A DNA stretch of 51,032 bases, from positions 1 to 51,032 of the forward strand of contig JBAWXL010000001.1 in assembly GCA_037144095.1 (NCBI GenBank). The letters run 5' to 3'. Positions within the stretch are counted from its first letter, which is position 1; every line of letters starts with the position of its first letter. Of the stretch, positions 18,347-29,400 are shown piece after piece. The stretch is from Bacteroidota bacterium (GTDB lineage Bacteria; Bacteroidota; Bacteroidia; Bacteroidales; CAIXTV01). The notes beneath the pieces are model-generated. The model was not told the origin of the DNA, made no database searches, and was given only the letters and a program-made list of their open reading frames with translations. The position numbers and the translations under genes were made by a program.

Positions 18347-21325
18347 TTAGTGTATTAAAGTAACATGCCCTGTATAGCTATGTTTAAGCCCTGCAATTTG
18401 GCGAAGATTAATCAAATATACGTATACCCCGGGAGTTAATTCGATGCCGGTGTTATTCTTTCTTCCGTTCCATCCTTCAAATAAATTAGTGGTTTTAAAA
18501 ACTAATTCTCCCCATCTATCATAAATGACCATTTCATAGCTATTAACATCAATCCCGACACCAGTTGGAAGAAAAATTTCATTTCCTCCAATATTATTAG
18601 GTGAAAAAGCATTTGGAATATATACCGTAAAAGGATTTTCGACAGTGACATTTCGAACAGTAGAATCTTTACAGCCAAAATCACTTTCAACTATTAACCA
18701 AACTGGAAAATAGCCATAACTGGAAAAAGTATGTGAGGGGGAAATTTCAAAAGAGGTATTTTCGGGTGAATTTAAATCGCCAAAATCCCAAAGCCAGGAA
18801 GATCCTCCGGTGGAACTATTATAAAAACTGACTGTCGGGTTATCAGTAGTCGTTACCGTTGGGTTAGGCTGAAAACTTGCAACAGGTTTTGGATACACAG
18901 ATAAAAGAGCACTATCTGTACCAATACAGCCATTTAGGTCGGTTCCGGTAACATAATAAATTGTAGTTGCCGAAGAACTTACGACCAAAGGATTTGAGGT
19001 AGCATTTGTACTCCAGTGATGGGTGTTGGCTCCTGAAGCCATAAGTGAAGCGGTTCCGCCAATACAAATTGATTCCGGGTCAACAATAACAACCGGGTTT
19101 GGATGCACAACAACAGTTGCAGAATCGACATTAACACATCCGTTCGCGTCTGTTCCGGTAACATAATAAGTTGAAGTTATTGTTGGATTAACATTTCTTG
19201 GATTAATGGTAGTGAAATCTTCCCAAACATAAGTAACCCCATTTGCCGCTGTAATCTGAGCGGTGAAACCTTCGCATATTGCATCATCATTTACGGAAAT
19301 TGCAGGTAAGGGGTTCACAATAACTGTTGCTGAGGTAGTATCTAAACATCCGGAGGCAGTTCCAATAACGGTATAATTGCTTGTTGTAATAGGATTAACA
19401 GATATTGGGTTTGCTGTGTCGCCAGTTGGGACCCAAATATAGGTAGTCCCGGGAGTATTAGAAAATGCGGTAACGGTACCGGTGTCGCCTAAACATATTG
19501 TACTTCCTGTTGCGGTTAATATAGGTTGTGGCAAAATAGTTACTAAAGCTGTGTCGGTTCCAACGCATCCATTTTGGTCGGTTCCGGTAACGGAATAAAT
19601 AGCTGTTGCCGGTGGGGTAATGACTAATGGGTTGGTGGTGGCTGTGGTGTTCCAAACATAGGTTAGCGCTCCGCTTGCAGTGAGCGAAGTGGTAGCCCCG
19701 GCACAAATTGTAACCGGATTAACGGTGATTGTTGGATTATTATTTACAATCACCATTGCAGTGTCTTTGTTTTTGCAGCCATTCGCATCGGTTCCGGTAA
19801 CATAATAAGTTGAAGTAATAATCGGGCTAATATTTCTTGGATTTACCGTTGAACTGTCTTCCCAAATATAAGATACCCCATTTTGAGCCGTAAGCTGCGC
19901 AGTGAAACCATTGCAAATGGTATCATTGTCAACATGAATTAAAGGTAAAGGATTTACCGTAACCGTAGCTGTGGTAGAGTCTTTACATCCGGCTGCAGTT
20001 CCAATCACTTTATAACTAGTCGTAGCTGTTGGGGATACCGTAAGTGGATTGCTTGTTGACCCTGAGGGCGACCAAACATAAGTAGTTCCCGTTACACTTG
20101 AAGATGCCGTTACCGTCCCTGAATTACCCGTACAAATAGTACTCCCGGTTGCAGTAATAACAGGATGCGGACTCACAGTAACGAATACGGTGTCGGTTCC
20201 GGTGCAAACTCCATTTGAGCCGGTAACAACATAATTGGTAGAAACCGTTGGACTCGCTATTACGGTAGGCCCCGAAGTGGTATTTAAACCGGTTGAAGGT
20301 GTCCATGTGTAGTTGGTGGATGAACCTGAAGCTGTAAGCGTAACGCTTCCTCCCTGACAAAATGTAGGGTGAGTAGGAGTCACAGAAAGGCTATAGCTCA
20401 AATTGGGTGTAACCACCACATTGTCGGTAACTGTAACTACATTTCCGTTGCAGCAAGTATAAACGGCTTCAGCGGTATAGGTTGTAGTAGTGGTGGGGCT
20501 TACAGAAATAGATGTTCCGGTTCCAATGGTATTGATTCCCTGAAGCCAGTTAACCACCACATTGGAGGGGCCGGTAGGGGTAAAACGCCAAGCTTCGTTG
20601 GCGGCTGACCATGAACCTGTATTTCTTCCAGGTGCAGCCAAACCTGCTGTGCCTGAAGCATTTTCTATGCCAATTATCGCATTCCCACTATTCCATGTTG
20701 AGCATAGTGCTTTATTTAAAATATAAACTTCAATAATATTCGTGCTTTCATAAATTACAATTTGGCTGGTACTTATTTGGGTCGTACAACTAAATTCAGG
20801 TATATGATCATAATTTACAACAAAGGTTCTACAAGGGTAAGCACCCAGGAGAGCATAGCGAATATTTCCTACAGAGGTTGGATAATAATCATGATAAGGA
20901 CCATAAATTGAATTTAAAGGCAGACTGGCTGATGGGCAACTTGCCGTAAACGACCAGGGACAAAATGCACCTGCATAGGCTGTATTAAAACTGATTAGTC
21001 CATTCGAGCCAACCACAATTTGGGAATAATTATTATTATAAAAACAGAAATTAAATGGGAGGGTAATCAAGGCACTCCAAATATCATCTGTTCCCACATT
21101 AATCAGCGTACCCGTATTATAAGCATAAGGCGGAGCATAAGGAATGGCGGTTACTGCATAAGAGGCGGTAGTTCCATTGGCAACCACAGAGGCATTAAGG
21201 GTAGTGGAAGTTTGGTTACAGTTGAGTGTGACGTCGGGGCCGGCATTCACACTCGGACAACCCGATTGGGCAAAAGACCATTGTGCACAACAGATAAGAA
21301 TAAGAAGAGAATAGATATTTTTCAT
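18347..21325 (-). CDS. T9SS type-B sorting domain (gliding-motility-associated C-terminal domain) surface protein with about 9 Ig-like repeats and a PKD domain
   Basis: 992 aa with signal peptide MKNIYSLLILICCAQWSFAQ and repeated Ig-like units of about 75 aa. The C-terminus (YIPNAFSPNNIGGNEIF ... VIYDRWGELVF ... WNG ... PGVYVY) is typical of the CHU_C/type-B CTD. Confidence 0.9.
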   Translation of the reverse strand: MKNIYSLLILICCAQWSFAQSGCPSVNAGPDVTLNCNQTSTTLNASVVANGTTASYAVTAIPYAPPYAYNTGTLINVGTDDIWSALITLPFNFCFYNNNYSQIVVGSNGLISFNTAYAGAFCPWSFTASCPSASLPLNSIYGPYHDYYPTSVGNIRYALLGAYPCRTFVVNYDHIPEFSCTTQISTSQIVIYESTNIIEVYILNKALCSTWNSGNAIIGIENASGTAGLAAPGRNTGSWSAANEAWRFTPTGPSNVVVNWLQGINTIGTGTSISVSPTTTTTYTAEAVYTCCNGNVVTVTDNVVVTPNLSYSLSVTPTHPTFCQGGSVTLTASGSSTNYTWTPSTGLNTTSGPTVIASPTVSTNYVVTGSNGVCTGTDTVFVTVSPHPVITATGSTICTGNSGTVTASSSVTGTTYVWSPSGSTSNPLTVSPTATTSYKVIGTAAGCKDSTTATVTVNPLPLIHVDNDTICNGFTAQLTAQNGVSYIWEDSSTVNPRNISPIITSTYYVTGTDANGCKNKDTAMVIVNNNPTITVNPVTICAGATTSLTASGALTYVWNTTATTNPLVITPPATAIYSVTGTDQNGCVGTDTALVTILPQPILTATGSTICLGDTGTVTAFSNTPGTTYIWVPTGDTANPISVNPITTSNYTVIGTASGCLDTTSATVIVNPLPAISVNDDAICEGFTAQITAANGVTYVWEDFTTINPRNVNPTITSTYYVTGTDANGCVNVDSATVVVHPNPVVIVDPESICIGGTASLMASGANTHHWSTNATSNPLVVSSSATTIYYVTGTDLNGCIGTDSALLSVYPKPVASFQPNPTVTTTDNPTVSFYNSSTGGSSWLWDFGDLNSPENTSFEISPSHTFSSYGYFPVWLIVESDFGCKDSTVRNVTVENPFTVYIPNAFSPNNIGGNEIFLPTGVGIDVNSYEMVIYDRWGELVFKTTNLFEGWNGRKNNTGIELTPGVYVYLINLRQIAGLKHSYTGHVTLIH

Positions 21326-21427
21326 AACATATAATTTTAAGCGTTTTTCTACAGTTTATACAAGACACAATTTTTGATGCGAAAGTTGCCTGTAAAAATA
21401 ATAAATTTTACTATTGCTCATATAAAT

Positions 21428-21469
21428 AAAAAAAAAGCTTTCTTGAATGCGCTCAAGAAAGCTTTTTTT
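21428..21469. terminator. Bidirectional-looking terminator hairpin
   Basis: AAAAAAAAGCTTTCTTGA-loop-TCAAGAAAGCTTTTTTT lies 22 nt after the stop of the minus-strand gene ending at 21491. Confidence 0.75.
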
Positions 21470-21490
21470 AATCCTAAGCAATAATAGTAT

Positions 21491-22483
21491 TTAGAGAGGT
21501 GGTCGGGGAACTATCGTAATAGAAACTTCGCCATCTTCGTTGGGATCTTGGTTCACAAGATAGAAATAAGGATTGCCATGTGCTCCTAATTCTAATGGAT
21601 TAATAATTACTTCTTTGCCTGCCTGAAAAAGGTAAGTAGTAGCAGGTGTAGGGTGGTCGCCAGGGGTAGCCGACGAATACCCTTTTAGGTCTACTGTGCC
21701 ATTGTTGGCAACAGCTAAATAATAATCAGGAGTGTACTGAAGATTCATATCAGCCTTAACAGTGCTCAGCTTAGGAATCTCTAAAATATAACCTTCATTG
21801 TCATCAATAGTAGTACGTTTTCGGCTGCGAACCAGCGATAAATCGAAAAATGCAAGGCCTTTTGCAGGTTCGGTTAGGTATTCTTTTGCAAGATCATGAA
21901 TATTACGACAAATTTGTAATTCGAGGGCAAGACGTTTTTCTTCAGTAGTGTTAATAAAATCAGTCACATCTTCAATTTTTTCAAGTTGCACTCCGCGGAC
22001 GCTGTTGTATTGAGTGGGAAGATTATTAATTTTAGTCACAAATGCCGGTGTAAATGAAGCGGAATATTTATTGACAGCAGTCTTTAAACGGTTAAACAAA
22101 GTTTCAGCAGTAGTTTTGTTCATAGTGCTATATTCAGTATTACCGTGAGGGTAGAATTCAAGAATTTCAGCAGTGTTCAAATCAAAAACACCTTCTATTA
22201 CCACATGAATTTTATGACTATCTGCGTGAAAATTTGTCAAAAATAAATCCACAGCATGGGTAAGCGATTTTTTAAGGGCTTTGTCCACATCCTCGTCATG
22301 AATTTCGCCATAGTAGTCTTCATACAAAGTTTGGGTGGAAGTGATAAGCTGGCTGTATTGCCCACTTGTGTTGTAATGAGCAGCTCTAACTAAATGTCGT
22401 AAAACAAACTTACGGAAATCTTCTTCCGACATTCTTTCTCCAGAGGAAAAGAAGTTTCCAAATAATCGAATTAATAGAATCAT
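21491..22483 (-). CDS. Hypothetical protein (helical N-terminal part, beta-rich C-terminal part)
   Basis: 330-aa ORF with an alternative start at MSEEDFRKF (22432). It is followed by a strong terminator. I recognise no family. Confidence 0.6.
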   Translation of the reverse strand: MILLIRLFGNFFSSGERMSEEDFRKFVLRHLVRAAHYNTSGQYSQLITSTQTLYEDYYGEIHDEDVDKALKKSLTHAVDLFLTNFHADSHKIHVVIEGVFDLNTAEILEFYPHGNTEYSTMNKTTAETLFNRLKTAVNKYSASFTPAFVTKINNLPTQYNSVRGVQLEKIEDVTDFINTTEEKRLALELQICRNIHDLAKEYLTEPAKGLAFFDLSLVRSRKRTTIDDNEGYILEIPKLSTVKADMNLQYTPDYYLAVANNGTVDLKGYSSATPGDHPTPATTYLFQAGKEVIINPLELGAHGNPYFYLVNQDPNEDGEVSITIVPRPPL

Positions 22484-22670
22484 TGGGTTTTTGTGTTTAA
22501 AATTTAGACTGTAAAAATAATACTATTTCTGCAATTATTATATTTAGTTGTCAACAAATATTTTCATTTAATAATCAATGAAGAATAATTGCATACATAA
22601 TACATTGTAATATAATATTATATGTATAATTACAATTTCTAAAAATAAGTACTTTTTTTTCTTCAAAATG

Positions 22671-22678
22671 TAGGTTTG
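22671..22678 (+). promoter_or_regulatory. Candidate -7 box (TAGGTTTG) immediately upstream of the 42-bp array
   Basis: It matches TAnnTTTG exactly, 14 nt before the first array unit. No clear -33 element is present. Confidence 0.3.
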
Positions 22679-22691
22679 GGAGCAAAAATCT

Positions 22692-23045
22692 TACTTTGTG
22701 TAGCTCTGGAAAGTCCGAATTGGGCAAAGTATATGCTTTGCCCTACCTGGCAGATGCCGAATGCCTCAAATCACTTGCTTTGCCCAATATGGAAGATCAC
22801 AAATAGCTTCAGGGCACATGCTTTGCTTTATATGGAAAATGCCAAATTGGGCAAAGCATTTGCTTTATGCCCTCCGGAAGTTGACGGATACGTCCAGGCA
22901 TTTACTTTTACCTATTTGGAATATCCGGGCAAAGGCAAAGCAATTGCTTTGCCCTATCCGGCAGATGCCGAATGCCTCAAAGTATTTGCTTTGCCCTACC
23001 CGGAAAATGCCAAAAAAATCAAGGCAAAAGCCTTTTTCAGAAAAA
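22692..23045. repeat. Tandem array B: 8-9 units of 42 bp (one of 43) with palindromic unit junctions
   Basis: The TGCTTTG-like unit starts fall at 22692, 22734, 22776, 22819, 22861, 22903, 22945, 22987 and 23029. A perfect 20-bp palindrome, GGCAAAGCAATTGCTTTGCC, is at 22933-22952. Confidence 0.85.
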
Positions 23046-23282
23046 CTCAGCTTGTTTAATGAAAATTATATAATTTATTGCTTTGCTGAAAAATAGAAAT
23101 ACTTATATTATCGATGCAGCGGCATGTAAAAAAACGCGCAGAATTATGCGTTTTTAGCAGTTCAATCTATTTATAATAAAGGATATGTAGATTTATCATA
23201 AAATTGAGTATAAATTCTGTTAAGCGAAAATAATTTTATTTCTTTGATTAACAGCTAAATATTTACAGAACTCGAAATTTTA

Positions 23283-23313
23283 TTTGACTTTCATGATATT
23301 TCAATTATCTTTG
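23283..23313 (+). promoter_or_regulatory. Bacteroidota-type promoter of the giant gene
   Basis: TTTG-N19-TATCTTTG matches the consensus TTTG-N19-21-TAnnTTTG. It lies about 100 nt upstream of ATG 23412. Confidence 0.5.
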
Positions 23314-23411
23314 TCTGTTGTTTTCTTTATCACCTTATGAGAAATGGGCTTTGGGGAAAATCTATCACATTAAAACAGAAACTAATTTCATCAAAATTAA
23401 AATTTACTATT

Positions 23412-26400
23412 ATGAAAAAACTTTTATTTTTTTTAATTTTTGCATTTGCTTTGAATGCATTTTTAAATCGCACAGTGAATGCACAAAGCTGGCAAAATGT
23501 TGGCTCTATTGTTGGATTCTCAGATAATAATACTCCAACTCATATAACTCTTGATACCAATGGAGTTCCGTATGTAGTATACAATGATATTGCCAATGGT
23601 AACAAAGCAACCGTTAAGAAATTTGATGGTACGAATTGGGTGCCCGTGGGAGTTGAAGGATTTTCTGCCGGAGTTATAGTAAGTGAAAAAATAGCAATTG
23701 ATCATAACGGGACACCTTTTGTTGCTTATTCGGATTTGGCGAATAGTGGTAAGCTAACGGTTATGAAATTTGATGGGACTAATTGGGTGTCGGTTGGTTC
23801 AACTGGGTTCTCTACCGGACCGACTGGAGATATAGATTTGAAAATAAGCAATAGCGGAATACCTTATGTTGCATTTGTGACAAGTAGTGGCATAACAGTT
23901 AAGAAATTTGATGGTACAGATTGGATAAATGTGGGTTCTGCTAATTTCAATACAACAGCAGGTGAGACATGTTTTGCATTTGATAATAATGAAATTCCAT
24001 ACGTTTCTTTCTTTGATGGCAGTGATGTACAAATCAAAATAATGAAATTTGATGGCAGCAATTGGATTTATGTTGCATCAGGTTTTGGAGGCGGAATGGA
24101 ACTCTTTCCTACTATAGCTTTTAATAGTAGCAATATCCTTTATGTGGCATATTTGAATAAATATCAAGGTTGCGCTACTATGAAAAAACTGGAAAATAAT
24201 AACTGGGTTACGGTGGGTCAACCAAATATTTCTAATTCTATTTATGTTGAGGAAGTAACAATGGCAATTGATAATCATGATATTCCTTATGTGTGTTATC
24301 ACGATTTTTATCAAGACCCTTGGACTGTATTGGACAAAGCTTTTGTAAAGAAATTTGATGGTTCTAATTGGGTAAGTGTTGGAACGGGTAGCATTTCTAT
24401 TGCTATATGGTACCCAAGAATGGTAATAAATAGTAGTGGAACACCCTATATGTGTTTTGTTGATGATGGCGATGGTAATACATTAAAAGTAAATAAATTT
24501 AGTTGCGTCCCCCCATCAATTGCCAGCCAATCAACAGATGGTCAAACTCAATGTATTGGAGGTATATTTAATCCAATCACTGTCGTGTCCAGCGATACAA
24601 ATTTAACTTATCAATGGTATAGCAATTCAGTTGCAAGCAATATAGGAGGCATTTCGCTTGGCACAGATAATGGTGCACAAAGCAGTAGTTATACGCCTCA
24701 ATCTTCTATGGCAGGCACCTTATATTATTATTGTGTAGTAACCGGCGATTGCGATTCTGTTCTAAATAGTGCTGTTTCGGGAGCTTTTATTGTGACTACC
24801 TTACCCAATGCCCCAACCAATACTACTCCACCAGCCAATCAGACAATTAGTAGTGGAACTTCTACCAACCTTTCGGCAAGCGGCATAGGCACTCTTGGCT
24901 GGTATGACGCAGCAAGTGGAGGAAATCTTGTTGGTACAGGAGCTAATTTTACAACTCCTGTGTTGGCAGCCAATACTACTTATTATGTTCAAGACAGTGC
25001 CGATTGCGGAGCAAGTTTAACCCGAACTGCAATTACGGTAACAGTAAATTGCATTGTAAACATCCCCGATGCAAACTTTAAGGCTGCATTATTAGCAATA
25101 CCCGGGCTTGATGCCAACAGCGATGGTGAGATTCAATGTTCAGAAGCTGCTACTTTTACTGGACAACTTATTGTTTCAGGAAAAGGCATTTCGGATTTAA
25201 TGGGGATCGAAGCGTTCACACAAATTTGGTATTTAGATTGCAGATCTAATGCATTAACAAGTTTGGATGTATCAGGCAACACAGCTCTTACTATGTTGTA
25301 TTGTGGCTACAATTCATTAACAAGTTTGAATGTTTCAGCCAATACTGCTCTTCAGTTTTTGGATTGTAGTCCGAATTCGTTAACAAATTTGAATGTATTA
25401 TCCAATATTGCTCTTACTGATTTGATTTGCGGAGGAAATCCATTAACGAGTTTGAATATTTCATCTAATATTGCTCTTACTCGTTTGATTTGCGACCATA
25501 ATCTATTAACAAGTTTGGATGTTTCATCAAATACATCTCTTATTCATTTGTATTGTAACTTCAATTCATTAACAAGTCTGGATGTTTCATCCAATATTGC
25601 TCTTAGTAGTTTGTATTGTGGAGACAATTCATTAACAAGTTTGGATGTTTCATCTAATACAGCTCTTAATCAGTTGGATTGTCACAACAATCATTTGACA
25701 AGCTTGAATGTTTCATCCAATCATGCTCTAACTGATTTAGAATGTCAGTTCAATTCATTAACAAGCTTGGATGTTTCCAATACAAATCTTACTTTTTTAT
25801 TATGTTCCGATAATTTATTGGCAACATTGGATGTTTCGTCTATTCCAACTCTTACCTATTTTAATTGTTGCCAAAATTCATTAACAAGTTTGGATGTGAA
25901 AAATGGAAACAACACAGCCCTGACTTATTTTTATGCATCAAACAATCCTGACTTAACCTGCATTAAGGTTGATGACGTATCATGGTCAAATGCAAACTGG
26001 ACAAATAAAGACTATACCGCAAGTTATAGTATAGATTGCATTTGTGAAAATCCATCCATCACCAGCCAATTAACAGATGGTCAATCCCAATGTATTAATG
26101 GTACATTCAATCCGATTTCAGTTTCAGCCACGGGTACCAATTTAATGTATCAATGGTTTAAAAATAATAGTAATAATTACGATGGGGGCATTTCGCTTGG
26201 CATAGATAATGGGGCACAAACCAATACCTACACTCCTCAAGCTTCTGTTGTTGGCTCCTTATATTATTACTGCATTGTTAGCGGCGATTGTGGCAGTCCG
26301 CAAACCTCTGCCGTGTCAGGTGTTTTTGAGGTAGTTGGAGCCATAGTAACTACAGATGAAATTACGAATATATCGGAAACCGGCATGACCTATGGTGGTA

Positions 26401-29400
26401 ATGTGGTTTCTGATTGTGGATTGGAAGTTACCGCAAGAGGTATTTGTGGAAGCACTTCTCACAATCCTACCTTAGCAGATCATGTTACGGTGGATGGTTC
26501 AGGTACAGGAGCTTTCACTAATAGTTTAACAGGGATTACTGGAGGTTTGACCTATTATGCAAGAGCCTATGCAACGAATAGCGCAGGAACAACTTATGGT
26601 AATGAAGTTACTTTTACAATTCCCTGCACTACCACAGCAATCACCGGTCAATCCATCGATGGTCAGGTACAATGTTTAAATGGCACTTTCACTCCTATTT
26701 CTGTGTCAGCTGTAGGTACTAATTTAATCTATCAATGGTATAAAAACACGATGGCAAGCAATAGTGGAGGCACATTAATAGGTGGGGCACAAAACAATAG
26801 TTACACGCCACAAGCCTCTTTAATCGGCAATGCATATTATTATTGTGTGGTTAGCGGTGATTGTGGAATAGCTCAAACGAGTGCTGTTTCAGGTGCATTT
26901 GAAGTGAAACCTAATACCATTATTACAGGTCAATCCACCAATGGTCAATCCATGTGTTTAAATGGAACTTATTCCGAAATTCATGTGTATGCCGATGGCT
27001 TTGTGCCAACTTTTCAGTGGTATAGCAACACAATTGCAAGCAACACCGGCGGTACTTCACTTGGTTTTGCAAATGGTGCACAGACCAATACTTATACCCC
27101 TCAGGCAAATGTTGTAGGCACACTATATTATTATTGTGAAGTAGGTAGCGGTTGCGGTTTAATGAAAACCAGTGCTGTTTCAGGTGCATTCATCACCAAC
27201 TCAGGCACCCCTCCCGATATGCCTACAAATGTAACAGCTACCCCATCTTCACTGTGTCAAGGTAGTCAAACTCACCTGAATGCAACTTCACCTGGGAGTG
27301 TAATCTTTTGGTACACTTCGCCCACAGGAGGCATGCCAATTGGCAGCTCTGCAAGTGGTGTTGATTTCCCAATTAGTGTAGGTTCTACTACAACTTATTA
27401 TGCTGGAGCATCAACTAATTTTGTGGGAAATCAGACATTTAATTATACGGGCAGTCAGCAAACGTTTATTGTTCCTGCAGGTGTTACAAGTATGGATGTA
27501 ACTTTATATGGTGGTCAGGGCGGACTAGGCATTTTTTCCGGAACTCAAGCAGGAGGACTTGGTGGTATGGCTACCGGAACATTGGCGGTAACCCCTGGAC
27601 AAACATTATATATAAATGTTGGTCAGGGCGGTGTTTCGAGCTCAGGATCTGTTGACTCAGCATATAATGGTGGGGGTGCAGCTTACGGAACTTCAGGCAA
27701 CAACCGTGGTGCCGGAGGTGGAGCTTCCGACATACGTATTAATGGTTCCAGTCTAACAAATAGAGTGATTGTTGCTGGTGGAGGTGGTGGTGCTTGTGGA
27801 CCCTCATATGCAGGAGCTGTCGGAGGTGGTCTTAATGGTGGCAATGCCATAGGTGGCATACCCGGTTTAGGTGGTACACAAATTTCAGGTGGAAACTCGT
27901 ATTCAGGATATGGCTTAACTAACGGATCTTTAGGGCAAGGAGGAGGAGTAGTGGGTACTTCATATACAATAGCTGGCGGTGGTGGTGGCTATTATGGCGG
28001 TGGTGCTGGAAATGGCGCTGGTGGTGGCTCAAGCTATATTGGTGGGGTTATTAATGGAACTACAACCTCAGGGGTTCATTCCGGTAACGGGCAGATAATC
28101 ATTTCATGGAGTGTAGTAGGCTGTACAAGTGTATCACGAACACCAGTTGTGCTAAATATAAATTCTGTTCCTGTTGCTTCAGCTTCCAACAATAGTCCAA
28201 AATGTGCCTCCGATACAATTAATCTCATTTCCGGAGGAGGAGTATCCTATTCTTGGTCTGGTCCTAATGGATTTAATTCCTCAGAACAGAATCCAAGTAT
28301 CAATAATGTTACTTTAGCAAATGCGGGAACTTACACCGTAACAGTAACAAATGAATTTTCGTGTACTTCAATAGCTTCAACCAATGTTATTATTAATGCT
28401 GCACCTACAGTTATAGCAAGCAACAATAGCCCTGTATGTAATGGGAGCAATCTTTTGCTTGCTTCAAGTGAAGGAGTATCCCATTCTTGGATTGGCCCGA
28501 ATGGGTTTAATTCTTCAGAACAAAATCCTTCTATAATAGGCGTGAGTTCTGACGCAGCAGGAACCTATACCGTTTCTGTGATGAATTCTGAAGGATGCAT
28601 TGGTTTAAATACTACGTTGGTTACTTTTAATCCCATCCCCGATCTTGCTTCAAATGTCACGGCAACCCCATCCTCTGTTTGTGCAGGCAGTACCACAAAT
28701 TTGAATGCAACAGCACTAAATCAAACAATATTTTGGTATACTTCACCTATTGGTGGAATTCCTATTGGAAGTTCTCAAAGTGGTGTTGATTTCACGATTA
28801 CTCCTGATTCAACAACCACCTATTATGCTGAGGCATCTTCCACCAATATAGGTAGCCAAACATTTGAATATACCGGTAGTCAACAAACGTTTACAGTTCC
28901 TGCAGGAGTGATGTCCATTTCAATTGACGCTTATGGTGCTCAAGGAGGTGGTAACAAAAATGGAAGTACAGGAGGATTAGGAGGTCGTATACAAGCATCT
29001 TCTGTTCTTGTGACTCCTGGAAGCACGATATACGTTAATGTGGGTGGAGCTGGTGTTATTGGGAACTCTAACGGAGGTTTTAATGGCGGTGGACATAGTA
29101 GCTATTATAATTATACTGGAAGTGGGGGCGGAGCCTCAGATGTAAGAGTTGGAGGTGCAGGTTTATATAATAGAGTAATTGTTGCTGGTGGTGGTGGTGG
29201 GGCCGGCTTAAATTGCTCAGGTAGCAATGAATGGGGAGGAGCTGGAGGTGGCTCTATTGGAGGAACTGGTTGGCAATGTGGTTCGCAAAATTATTATGTT
29301 GGTTACGGAGGCACGCAATATGGAGGTGGAGCTTATGGCACTAATTATGGACAGGGTTGTGCAACCAATGGTAGTTTAGGTCAGGGTGGAAATGGAGCAT

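Noticed and set aside
22676-23096. Track ORFs 22676..23059 (127 aa) and 22761..23096 (111 aa) as genes.
   Set aside because: Both are simply translations of the 42-bp array in two frames and give 14-aa periodic nonsense (for example ALPYPADAECLKVF, ALPYPENAKKIKAK). Two overlapping frames are open only because the repeat unit lacks stops. There is no independent coding signal.
23337-23411. ATG 23337 as the true start of the giant gene.
   Set aside because: The first 25 codons (MRNGLWGKSITLKQKLISSKLKFTI) precede a canonical signal peptide that begins at the Met at 23412. The predicted promoter (-7 box at 23306-23313) would put the TSS only a few nt before 23337. The downstream Met is more plausible, but the upstream one cannot be excluded.
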